Program-made: the position numbers and the translations under genes
Part shown: in pieces, positions 48,962 through 58,567 of the stretch
Position numbering within the stretch: the first letter of the stretch is position 1
Layout: each line of letters opens with the position of its first letter
NCBI GenBank assembly: GCA_965249575.1
Contig: OZ252244.1
Span: 3,424,001 to 3,488,000, forward strand
From: Gemmatimonadales bacterium
Lineage (GTDB): Bacteria; Gemmatimonadota; Gemmatimonadetes; Gemmatimonadales; GWC2-71-9
Direction of reading: 5' to 3'
Length of the DNA stretch: 64,000 nt
Notes under the pieces: generated by a model
What the model saw: only the letters and a program-made list of their open reading frames with translations
Told to the model about the DNA's origin: nothing
The model's database searches: none

Positions 48962-49666
48962 ATGCCGACGGCCATGATGCAACAGGCGGTGCAGGCCCCC
49001 GATTCGAGCACGGTCGTGTTTCCGTTGGTGGAAGCGCCAATACCCCTGGCACCGCTGGCCATCAACCTGGCCCTGGTGCTCAGAGCCCACTTCGAGCGGT
49101 TTTCGTCGACGATGACGAATCGGAGTCAGTTCGCCGGCGTCTTTCCCTTCGTTCTCCTCACGACACTCCTGATCATCACGATCGTCAAGTCGTCACTTGC
49201 GCTCTCGCTGGGGCTGGTGGGCGCGTTGTCCATCGTCCGGTTTCGTACGCCCATCAAGGAACCGGAGGAGCTTGCGTACATTTTTCTCGCCATTGCCATG
49301 GGTCTCGGATTGGGCGCCAATCAGACCGTGCCCACGGTGTTGGCCGGACTCTTCATCCTCGTCGTGATGGCGGCCCTCAAGCTGCGGAAGCGGCGGTCTA
49401 TCGGTCAGAACCTCTATGTGTCCGTCGACTGGACCGGTGAGGCGCTGGCTCCCCGCGATGGGCTCGACTTCCTCAACACGACGATCAAGGCTCATTCAGT
49501 ACGCAGCGATCTTCGACGATTCGACGTGCGCAACGGATCGGTGGAAGCCACGTACCTCATCGATGTCGACGGGGCCGATCAGCTCTCGCGTCTCGTAGAG
49601 GCCCTCCGTAGCAAGCCCGATGTTGGCGTAACGTTCATCGATCAATCTCAGCTCTCCCCACCGTAG
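48962..49666 (+). CDS. DUF4956-family membrane protein
   Basis: IVKSSLALSLGLVGALSIVRFRTPIKEPEELAYIFLAIAMGLGLGA; soluble C-terminal domain; start uncertain. Confidence 0.88.
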   Translation: MPTAMMQQAVQAPDSSTVVFPLVEAPIPLAPLAINLALVLRAHFERFSSTMTNRSQFAGVFPFVLLTTLLIITIVKSSLALSLGLVGALSIVRFRTPIKEPEELAYIFLAIAMGLGLGANQTVPTVLAGLFILVVMAALKLRKRRSIGQNLYVSVDWTGEALAPRDGLDFLNTTIKAHSVRSDLRRFDVRNGSVEATYLIDVDGADQLSRLVEALRSKPDVGVTFIDQSQLSPP

Positions 49667-49671
49667 CTCGC

Positions 49672-52328
49672 ATGCTGCTACACGGACCGGACAGGAAGTC
49701 CTACCGAGAGGTGTGGAGCCGCCTCCCATTGCGTCAGCGCACACTTTATGCGGCCGGTGTGCTACTTATTTGGTCGGCGGTCGTTGCCCTCACCGGGGCT
49801 ATGACGAGTCCGGGACAATGGGCCCATGAATGGACGGTCGATCGAGGCCTCATCGACGTTGGGGACGTCGAGGTTGCGCGAGGGTTCCTTGTATATCCGT
49901 TCGCGTGGGCTGCGACCCGGAGGTCACCGGCGGCGGTACCGCTGCTGACATTCGATATCAAATTCAAACACTTTCTGACGCTCAAGGGGCAGCGCGACGC
50001 GGCGCTCGATCGCGGCGTGCTACTTCACGGCGATGACGATTTCGTTCCCGCATCCTTGCGGTTCGCTGGACTCACACTGCCTGCCGATGTGAGGCTGAAG
50101 GGTGATCTGGTCGATCACCTCCGTGGCGACAAGTGGGCCTTTCGCGTGAAGCTCGAGGGGACTGGACGACTCTTCGGGATGCGTCGGTTTTCGATCATGC
50201 ATCCGAAGGGGCGCGACTATCACAGTGAGGCGCTGTTCTTCGACGCGGCCAGAAGCGAGGGGGTACTGGCGCCCAGACATTTCTATGCCGACGTCGTGCT
50301 CAATGGCGAGTCGCTGGGGCGCATGATCGTCGAAGAGCATTTCACTCGAGAGCTGCTCGAGTCTCAACAACGCCGCGAAGGCGTCATCGTCCGGTTCGAC
50401 GAGGCGCCGTTTTGGGAGAACGGCAATCCCTGGTATCTCGATACGTATAGAAACGCCATGATACGGCCGTTCCAGGACTCTCTCGTCGCTCGCTCGGACG
50501 TCCTCTCGGCAAACCTGCGTCTCGCCACGGGTTTGTTGCGAGGGTTCGTCGACGGGAAGCTACGCGCGTCGGACGTCTCGACGCGAAGCTGATGGGCAGG
50601 TATCTCGCCATTTCGGAGGCGTGGGGCGCGCGGCACAGTCTGCGATGGAATAACATGCGGTTCTACTTCAATCCCGTAACAGCGTTGCTGGAACCTGTGG
50701 CGTTCGACGCCATGGTGGGTTACGCGCTGTCGGCGCGCGAGATGTACGAGGGCCGGTATCCGTTCGTCTCGGCCGCACTGCGGGATTCCTCCGTTCGCGC
50801 GCACTACGAGGCGACGCTCCATCGGTGGTCCACCCGGGACAACGAGGTGGTCGCGCGGTTGGAGGGGAATCAGGAACGGTATCGAAGCACCCTGCGCCGT
50901 AGCTACCCTCTACTCCGAGCGATCGACTTGAACGTCGTAGCGCAGCGGGCGGCCGATCTCCTGAGCTTGAACGCCGACGGGCCGCTTTGGATCGTGGAAC
51001 AGCCGATCCTCCACTCGTACGCGGTCCAGGATAACGGCCGTCACTACCTCGAGCTTGCCAGCATGGTTCCGGAGTCCCTGGAGGTCACGAGCATCTATTG
51101 GCGTTGGGATGGCGAGTCGCCGCCGGCGCGCTCCGCGGCCACGGAAGGCCTGTCGCTGCCGCTCGTACTCGATGGGACGCCCGTCGGCCAGGTCCCGCGG
51201 CCGTTGCGCGTGCCGTACCTCCCGCTCGAGGGTCACGCGGCCCTGTGGATGGACGTGCGGCCCTTCGGGACGTCAAGAGGCGTCCAGGCGGTGCCGGCCA
51301 GGGAGTACTTCCCCGCAGTCGCGCGGTCACCGTTGGCTCCACACCGGCTCGACGAGGTCATGGCCCGATACAGGTTCCTGCGCTGGGAGCCCGACAGTCT
51401 CACCGTCAGTGTACCGGCCGGGACCTGGCAGATTACCGAGCCGCTGGTTTTGCCGGAAGGGGTCCGCCTCGTCGTCCGGGGTGGCGCGACGCTACACCTG
51501 GAGCCAGATGCCGCCATCGTGGTGCGCGCACCGCTGCATCTCAGAGGTGAGCCCGGCCGACCGGTTCGTCTTCGGGGCACCGTGCGCCGTGGTGAATCCG
51601 GGCCGTGGCCGGGGATCGTCGTCATGGGGGCCGACGAAGCATCCGAGTGGTCGCATGTCGAAGTGGTTGGAACAGCCGGCATCGACCTGGACGGTTGGAA
51701 ACTGACCAGCGGCGTGACATTTTACGAAAGCGACGTGCACATCAGCGACGCCACCTTCCTGCGCAATCGGACCGAAGACGTGCTCAATATCGTTCGATCG
51801 TCGTTCACGTTGTCAGACGTCGACTTTGCCGACGCGGTGTCCGACGGCTTGGATGCGGACTTCTCCGACGGCGCCATCACCGGCGGCTCGTTCGACACGA
51901 TCGGCTGGGTTGGTGGGGGCGATGCGATCGATGTGTCCGGCGCGGACGTCACAGCGGAGGCCGTACGGTTCGCGGAGATCGGAGACAAAGCCATTTCGGT
52001 TGGTGAGGGGGGCTCGGTGGTGGTGCGCAACGTCACCATCAGCAACGCGACGGCCGGCGTCGTGAGCAAGGACGCTTCTCGCGTTGAGGTCACCAGCTCG
52101 AAGTTTGAGGGCATCGAGTTGGCTGCGCTCATGGTGTATATCAAGAAGCCGGAGTATGGCCCCGCATCGCTCATCGCGGACCATGTCGAATTCGAGAAGG
52201 TCGCGCGGCGGGCATGGGTCCAGACGGAGAGTACGATTCACGTGAACGGACACCCCGTTCCCACCGTCGCCGTGAACGTCGATTCCCTCTATGACACGGC
52301 GATGCGGAAGCGCCGTCCGGCACGATGA
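49672..52328 (+). CDS. CotH-family kinase with C-terminal beta-helix, split by a frameshift near 50578
   Basis: N-terminal TM; RLKGDLVDH, EEHFTRELLE, HSLRWNNMRFYFNP..LEPVAFD; SDGLDADFS/DAIDVSG/DKAISVGE beta-helix repeats; one added T gives DVFDAKLMG and joins the two ORFs. Confidence 0.82.
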
Positions 52329-53005
52329 CGATGGCCGGGCGGTCCGAAACCAAGCTGGTCGCTCCGGAAGTCCTCGCACCCAACGTAATCGAGTGGCTTC
52401 GTCTACACCCGGGGGGGTTCTTTCGACCGTTTCCCGCCAGAACGATCAACAACGCTTACTTCGACACCTTCGACTACGCATCGTACGAGGCCAGCCTCGC
52501 AGGGATCGCGGATCGCTGCAAGGTGCGTTTGCGCTGGTACGGCTCCTCACGCATGCCTCATTCGGGCCAGCTCGAAGTCAAGCTCAAACGGGGGCTCGCG
52601 GGGTGGAAGCTAACGTACGAGATGTCGGGACAGCCTGGCGAAGAGGGAGTTGGCTGGCAACGCCTCGTGCGCGGCTGGTGCGAACGGCTCGAGCCGGCGG
52701 GTGCACGATGGCTGCCTGAGTATCCGCAGCCCGTGCTGACGAACCGCTATCACCGACACTATTTCAGCACCGCTGACGGCACGGTTCGGGTGACCGTCGA
52801 CGTCGGTCTGGAGTTCTGGGACCAGCGCTACAAGCCGTATCCCAACACCACGGTCAGGACACACGTGCCGCGGAACACCGTCGTCGAGATCAAGTGCGCC
52901 ACGGAGCATCGGCAGCTCGCGACCGAGCTGATGGCCGGTCTGCCGATACAGATGTCCCGGAACTCGAAGTATTGCTCCGGCCTGCAGGCCAGCCACGGGT
53001 TCTAG
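52325..53005 (+). CDS. Polyphosphate polymerase (VTC) domain protein, CYTH/TTM superfamily
   Basis: RSETKL, NAYFDT, RCKVRLRWYG, LEVKLK, YHRHYF, RVTVD, VVEIK, SKYC. Confidence 0.88.
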   Translation: MTMAGRSETKLVAPEVLAPNVIEWLRLHPGGFFRPFPARTINNAYFDTFDYASYEASLAGIADRCKVRLRWYGSSRMPHSGQLEVKLKRGLAGWKLTYEMSGQPGEEGVGWQRLVRGWCERLEPAGARWLPEYPQPVLTNRYHRHYFSTADGTVRVTVDVGLEFWDQRYKPYPNTTVRTHVPRNTVVEIKCATEHRQLATELMAGLPIQMSRNSKYCSGLQASHGF

Positions 53006-53008
53006 TTG

Positions 53009-54019
53009 ATGCGGAGTCGTTTCTCGAGGACTCGAGCGGCCCTCCTCTTCGGAGTGATCGTCCTGGCCGCGGGGACGGCCTGGGCGGCGTATCGGCTCTA
53101 TGGATGGGCCCGCCCCAAGTACCATTCCTTCATAGGTGAGCACTACGTCGCCGCCATGGCCGCATCCAGGGCGAACCTCCTCATGGAGGGATTCCGCGTT
53201 GCGCCGGTCGGGCCCGAAGTACCGGAGACAGGCCTTCTCACGATCCTGTTCGTCGGCCATTCGTACCCCCGCAACGGCTTCAACGGTGGTCGCAAGCCGG
53301 TCTACCCCGACCGAGAACGCCCCATGGAGTTTCTCATTTCCCACGCGGCGCGGACGCGGCCCGTCCGCGTCGTTTTCGGGGGCGACGTCATCTGGTCGCC
53401 GAGCCCGGGCGAGTTGAGCCACGCTCGCCGGATCAAGGACCGCATGCCGGCCGCCAGGTTCGTCATGGGCAACCACGAGTCGTATTGGGACCTGACCGCA
53501 GGCCGCCGGGCGGAGTTGCGAGAGCTGTTCGGCGACCCGTACCGCTTCGAGGACGTCGACGGCGTCCGGTTGATCTATCTGCACACGACGCTCCCGGCGA
53601 ACGTCCTCGGCCGGTGGGGACTCGACGACGAGCAGCGCGCGTTTCTCAAACGCGCGCTCGATCCCTCGCAGTACCGCCATGCGCTCGTCTTCATGCATCA
53701 CGCCTTGTGGGCCGGCGGCACGATCTACGCCAACGGCGTGTACCTCGATGCCGACGGGCTCGCGGCGGATTGGGTCGACAACATCGTGCCCCTGTTGCGG
53801 GAGTCGGCGGTCCGTGGCGTCTTCTCGGGGGATGGCGGGCTATTGGCGCCGGGACGACGGTTCATGATCGGATCGATCCCGCACTTCATGACCGGATGGG
53901 GCGGAAGTCCGGAGCTGTTCCCCCCGGAATGGCTCGCGATCGAGCTGGGGCAGGACTCGGTTCGCGTGTCGTGGAACAAGCTCTTGGGGGGAGAGCGCTA
54001 CCGGAGAGAGGTGGATTAG
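53009..54019 (+). CDS. Membrane-anchored calcineurin-like metallophosphoesterase (atypical motifs)
   Basis: N-terminal TM; GHSY, GGDV, GNHE, FMHH, SGD. Confidence 0.72.
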   Translation: MRSRFSRTRAALLFGVIVLAAGTAWAAYRLYGWARPKYHSFIGEHYVAAMAASRANLLMEGFRVAPVGPEVPETGLLTILFVGHSYPRNGFNGGRKPVYPDRERPMEFLISHAARTRPVRVVFGGDVIWSPSPGELSHARRIKDRMPAARFVMGNHESYWDLTAGRRAELRELFGDPYRFEDVDGVRLIYLHTTLPANVLGRWGLDDEQRAFLKRALDPSQYRHALVFMHHALWAGGTIYANGVYLDADGLAADWVDNIVPLLRESAVRGVFSGDGGLLAPGRRFMIGSIPHFMTGWGGSPELFPPEWLAIELGQDSVRVSWNKLLGGERYRREVD

Positions 54020-54321
54020 GACTGGACGTCGGTAGGCAGGAGCTGCCTGATTCTCCGTCTTTTCCCGTGAAAAATGCCGAAGCATGGATCCGCGAGGTTT
54101 GCTCCCCTGGCGTGTGAGTCTGTTGCGTGGCAAATTGGCGGCTCGCCGGAAGAGCCGGCCTGCGCATCATTCGAGCGCGCCGTGCGCATACCCTGACGTG
54201 TAGATCTCCGATTACTGGCGGGCTCCGTGCCCAGACTCGTCCTGTCCGTGACGTGGACTAGGCCCGTTCGCCCACCCGGCCGCACATCAGGCGATCGGCT
54301 GCGCCCGAATGTTAAGGTCAG

Positions 54322-54903
54322 TTACCACTCCTCCAACCGCTCCAGTACCGCCCGCCCCCTCGGCGAAAGCTCGTATCCCGGGTGGTGACTGACCGTCAAC
54401 CCGAGAGTCTTCAACTTTCGGACGTTGCTCTTCAACCAGTCCTTGTCGACTTCCAACCTTCCGGCCAGCTCGGCCGCTCGGCGTCGCGGATGCCGCTGAA
54501 TCGACTGCAGCACCCTGAGCGTCCACGCCCCAACGCGTGATGCCGAATCCAACCGACGCAGCCGCGCACGCAGCGCTTCAAAATCGACATCGGTGAAATC
54601 GTCTTTCTCGCGAAGCCCGATGCGTGGATCTGCCCCGGCGTAGTGAAGCTCGATCCTGTAGATCGAACTGTCTCGAGTATCCAACGCCCCGAGCAGGGAC
54701 GCCTGGGAGTCATAGCCGGCACGCCTGGCGTCTGCCTGCGAGACGTTCGACCGATCTATTTTCGTGACTCGGTCGATGGCGATGACGCCGATCGAGGTAT
54801 GCAACGCTCCGCCGGTCTTGACGGTTGGCCGTCGCCAGCGACGAAACACGAGGCCAACGTCTCCCGCCTTGATCGCCGCGAGGTCTGCTACCTTGAGGAG
54901 CAT
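54322..54903 (-). CDS. ASCH/PUA-like domain protein with C-terminal wHTH
   Basis: IKAGDVGLVFRRWRRPTVKTGG, DARRAGY, KSNVRKLKTLGLT..GYELSPRG. Confidence 0.75.
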   Translation of the reverse strand: MLLKVADLAAIKAGDVGLVFRRWRRPTVKTGGALHTSIGVIAIDRVTKIDRSNVSQADARRAGYDSQASLLGALDTRDSSIYRIELHYAGADPRIGLREKDDFTDVDFEALRARLRRLDSASRVGAWTLRVLQSIQRHPRRRAAELAGRLEVDKDWLKSNVRKLKTLGLTVSHHPGYELSPRGRAVLERLEEW

Positions 54904-55240
54904 CGTCTCCGTAATCCAGGAATGAAACGTGTTTGAGCGCACGAAGCCGGCTAGTGCGTGACCGGTGAGCTATCTAACGCTATGGGGGATTCCCCCACAA
55001 CCCTCTAGGAACCCTCCCGATTGCGGGCATGTCCTCACGCCTGCCTGTTCCGTGATTGTTCGTAACACAGGATGCCGGGGGCCAGGAGCATAGTCTCACG
55101 GCTCGCGGAACAGACGTTCTGGTCAAGGACGGGGGTAGGTGGCTTTTCATCGCTAGTCACTTCGAGCCCGTGCAATAACACGAGGGATGTAATACCCGGT
55201 TCCTACGGCGCGACCCGGAGCCCGCCTTACTGTCTGCCGA

Positions 55241-55765
55241 CTACCCCACCCGTTCGTATCTGAGCGGTCCCCGCCGCGGCTGCACGGTCTCGAGTGTGAG
55301 CCACTGCCCATCGAGTGTGCCGCGGATGAACCGGTCCGGGCATGCTTCGCTCGGGACGCAAGTCGGTGGGAACGAGACCAGCGCGCCGTCCTGGACATAA
55401 CGAAAGATGGAAACCTCGGTCGCGGTGCGACCGTCTGGCTCGCGGTCGACCGAGCGGGCCAAGGAAAGAGGTCCGGGCACCCTTGCCGCGTACGCGATGT
55501 CGAATCTCAGCGTGTCACCCAGGTAGCTACGTTCGTCGTCCCCGTGGAACGCCCGCACGGGCAAGGGCTGGCCGGCCGCCCTGCGAAGCGCGTATACCGT
55601 GTTGGATAGATCGGCGGGCTCGTCGATCGGTGGGTACGAGAACACCCCAGCAGGAGAATCGCCATCCACACCGTTCGCGAGCCTGGTGGGTGCGCCTGCC
55701 TGGCCGCAGGCGACGACACCGAAGAGCACATGGACTGCAGTCCCAAGCAACGCATGGGCACACAT
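55241..55765 (-). CDS. Hypothetical lipoprotein
   Basis: SD GGGAGG, hydrophobic leader ending VVACG, YALRRAAGQPLPV...YERVG. Confidence 0.6.
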   Translation of the reverse strand: MCAHALLGTAVHVLFGVVACGQAGAPTRLANGVDGDSPAGVFSYPPIDEPADLSNTVYALRRAAGQPLPVRAFHGDDERSYLGDTLRFDIAYAARVPGPLSLARSVDREPDGRTATEVSIFRYVQDGALVSFPPTCVPSEACPDRFIRGTLDGQWLTLETVQPRRGPLRYERVG

Positions 55766-56008
55766 CCTCCCTGAATGACGTGCCGGTGGTGGCAAGCGGG
55801 TCTGAGAGGTCCCGGCCGCGCAGTGGCCTGACACCCTACCTCTGTTTACGCCTGCGAATACCCCGGCTGACACGTGCAGGTCACCGCCTGTGTACGTCGG
55901 ACGAGGCCTCGACACGGTTGGGTTCGACAATTCTCGTTCGATGCTCGACATTCCGGACCGATATCCTCGACGAGGTAGGGCAACCCCAACCCGGATCCGG
56001 ATTCCCCC

Positions 56009-57169
56009 ATGCCTCCTACGCCAGACGAAGCGCGCGCGCTACACGGCGAAGCCACCGTAATCGATATGCACGCCCACCCATCGATGAAGACCTACTTCGG
56101 GTGTGCGAAGCTCGAGCGCCGTCAGGTAGCGACGAAGGGATTCAACCTCACACGCCTCCGCACGAGTCATCCCTCGCTCGTCGACGGCGGCGTGGACGTC
56201 CTATGCTCTAGCATCGTGGTGCCGGAGCGCGAGCTCAAGCGGGATTGTTGGGTAATCGGGGCAGGGAGCTTCGCGATCACTAAGCTCAGGAAGGCGTGGT
56301 CGGAAGGGCCGTTTGTTACCACCGAGAAGATGCTGCGGCACGTCGACGACGACGTAAGGAACGTGAACACCGGCACGCCGTCACGGCCGATGGAGATCGT
56401 GCGATCGAACACCGAGCTGGAGCGAGCGGTCCAAGCGAGCAAGATCGCGGTGGTCCACACCATCGAGGGCGGGCATGCCCTGGATGGGAACCCGGGCAAC
56501 GTGGTCAAGCTCGCGGACCTGGGTGTCGCGATGATCACGATCGCGCACTTCTACTCGAACGGTGTGGCGGCTCCGGTGGACGCGATCCCTCCGGACTTCG
56601 CGCTCAAGAAACTGGGATGCTTCCGGGAGCCGAAAGATCTGACGAAAGGACTACTCGCCCTTGGGCCGGACGTCGTACAGGAGATGTTCGAGCGGGGCGT
56701 CGTCGTTGATCTCACCCATTGTACGCCTGCGGCGCGCAATGACGTCTATGCGCTCGCCAATCCGAAGCGGCGCCCCCTGGTGTTCAGCCACGTTGGCGCC
56801 GGGGGGGTTCGCGAGAGTCCGATGAACCCGACCGATGAGGAGATCAGAGCGATCGCCGCGACGGGCGGCGTGATCGGCGTGATCTTCTACAACCACTGGC
56901 TTACCACCGAGAACGTCAAGAAGGACGGTGCGGACACGCTCGCGTCTGTGATCCAAAACATTCGACACATTTATCGGGTCGGCGGCGAGGACTGCGTGGC
57001 GCTTGGGTCGGACTTCGATGGCATGACCGATCCGCCGGACGACCTCAAAGAGCCCGGCGATCTACCGAACCTGACGGCGGCGCTGATGGTCGACGGCTAT
57101 ACCCCGGAGCAGATCAAGAAATTCCTGGGTGGCAACGTCCAGCGGGTGTTGCAAGAAGGATGGAGCTAG
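56009..57169 (+). CDS. Membrane dipeptidase (M19 family)
   Basis: IDMHAH, TIEGG, VDLTH, FSH, GSDFDG, FLGGN. Confidence 0.88.
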   Translation: MPPTPDEARALHGEATVIDMHAHPSMKTYFGCAKLERRQVATKGFNLTRLRTSHPSLVDGGVDVLCSSIVVPERELKRDCWVIGAGSFAITKLRKAWSEGPFVTTEKMLRHVDDDVRNVNTGTPSRPMEIVRSNTELERAVQASKIAVVHTIEGGHALDGNPGNVVKLADLGVAMITIAHFYSNGVAAPVDAIPPDFALKKLGCFREPKDLTKGLLALGPDVVQEMFERGVVVDLTHCTPAARNDVYALANPKRRPLVFSHVGAGGVRESPMNPTDEEIRAIAATGGVIGVIFYNHWLTTENVKKDGADTLASVIQNIRHIYRVGGEDCVALGSDFDGMTDPPDDLKEPGDLPNLTAALMVDGYTPEQIKKFLGGNVQRVLQEGWS

Positions 57170-57231
57170 GGTGGCGATTGGCGGGGCGGGGAAGGCTGCT
57201 CGGCCGCGTCCAGTACTCCCGAAGTCTCGAG

Positions 57232-57266
57232 CAATCGCCATTCGCCAGTCGCTACTCGCCTTTCGT
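57232..57266. repeat. Heptamer array (NNNTCGC)x4
   Basis: CAATCGC CATTCGC CAGTCGC TACTCGC between convergent genes. Confidence 0.65.
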
Positions 57267-58423
57267 CATTTCACCGGCTCCATGCGCACGACGGGCGTCA
57301 ACTCTCCTTGGCGGTGGTCGATAGCGAGATAGATGTAACCGTCCGGTCCCTGGCGGACGTCCCGGATGCGGCCGACTCCCTGAACGAGAGTCTCCTCGCT
57401 CGTGACCCGCTGGCCATCCATCGTGAGGCGCGCGAGCTGCTGGCCGTTCAGACCGCCGACGAACGCGTTGCCGCGCCACTCTGGGAATTGGTCACCCGTG
57501 TAGATCAGCAGTCCCGAGGTCGCGATCGAAGGGACCCAGAAGTGAACGGGCTGCTCCATTCCCTCGCGCTGCGTTCCCTCGTGGATCGCGGTGCCACTCC
57601 GGTAGTTCACCCCGTAGCCGATCACGGGCCAGCCGTAGTTGCGTCCCGGGAGATCGAGGTTCAGCTCGTCGCCTCCCTGGGGACCGTGCTCGTTGACCCA
57701 GACGTCTCCGGTCTCCGGATGGATCGCGAGGCCCTGCGCGTTCCGGTGTCCGTAACTCCAGATCTCCGGCCGAGCTCCGGCCTGATCGACGAACGGGTTG
57801 TCCGCGGGCACTCGGCCGTCGTCATGTAATCGGATAGTGGAGCCGTGGTGGTTCGAGAGATCCTGGGCCGGATGCGCCTCCAGGTTTCCTCGAGCCGGAG
57901 CCTGGCGATCACCGACCGTGAGGAACATGAATCCGTTTCCGTCGAAAGCGATTCGGCAGCCGTAGTGTCCACGCCCGCGCGACACCGCCTGGAAAAGCTC
58001 TTCCACGCCGGTGAGCCGGTCGTCCTCGAACCGGCCACGGACCACGGCGGTGGTCGCCTCCGAGCCGTCGCCGATCGGCTTCGAGAAGCTTAGGTAGAGC
58101 AGTCGGTTCGAGGCGAAATCCGGGTGCGGGACGACGTCCAGCAATCCCCCCTGGCCCTGGGCGAGGACCTGGGGGACGCCGCGTACCGGGTGACCGAGCA
58201 GCTTCCCGTGCCGAACGATCCGCAGTCTTCCGGGCCGTTCGGTGACCAGCATGTCGCCCCCGGGGAGAAACGCGATGGACCAGGGGTGCTCGAGTCCCTC
58301 CGCGACGGTGACCAGGCGGTAGTCGTGATAGGCCGATCGAAAGACCGGCGATTGGCCCTTTAGGGGGGTGGAAACGGTCAGGATCAACCCTGCCGTGGCG
58401 AGCACGAACGGAACTCGGGTCAT
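57266..58423 (-). CDS. PQQ-dependent aldose sugar dehydrogenase (YliI/GSDH family)
   Basis: GLEHPWSIAFLP, QGGLLDV, YGHRNAQG, EHGPQGGDELN, NYGWP, RIRDVRQGPDG. Confidence 0.93.
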   Translation of the reverse strand: MTRVPFVLATAGLILTVSTPLKGQSPVFRSAYHDYRLVTVAEGLEHPWSIAFLPGGDMLVTERPGRLRIVRHGKLLGHPVRGVPQVLAQGQGGLLDVVPHPDFASNRLLYLSFSKPIGDGSEATTAVVRGRFEDDRLTGVEELFQAVSRGRGHYGCRIAFDGNGFMFLTVGDRQAPARGNLEAHPAQDLSNHHGSTIRLHDDGRVPADNPFVDQAGARPEIWSYGHRNAQGLAIHPETGDVWVNEHGPQGGDELNLDLPGRNYGWPVIGYGVNYRSGTAIHEGTQREGMEQPVHFWVPSIATSGLLIYTGDQFPEWRGNAFVGGLNGQQLARLTMDGQRVTSEETLVQGVGRIRDVRQGPDGYIYLAIDHRQGELTPVVRMEPVK

Positions 58424-58567
58424 CTCGATCTCCTGGGGCACGGTCCCGTGAAAAACACCCGCCGGTGAAGTGTCCTTCGGTGCATCAAGTTGATTTGGGT
58501 GCGCACCGAGCGCAACACGACTCTTCCGGGCTCGTCAGCGGCGCTCGGCTCTTGTGTCCTCGCCGGG

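Noticed and set aside
48656..56000. Genomic island integrated at tRNA-Leu
   Set aside because: No integrase and no duplicated tRNA 3' end found by eye in the window; only adjacency supports it
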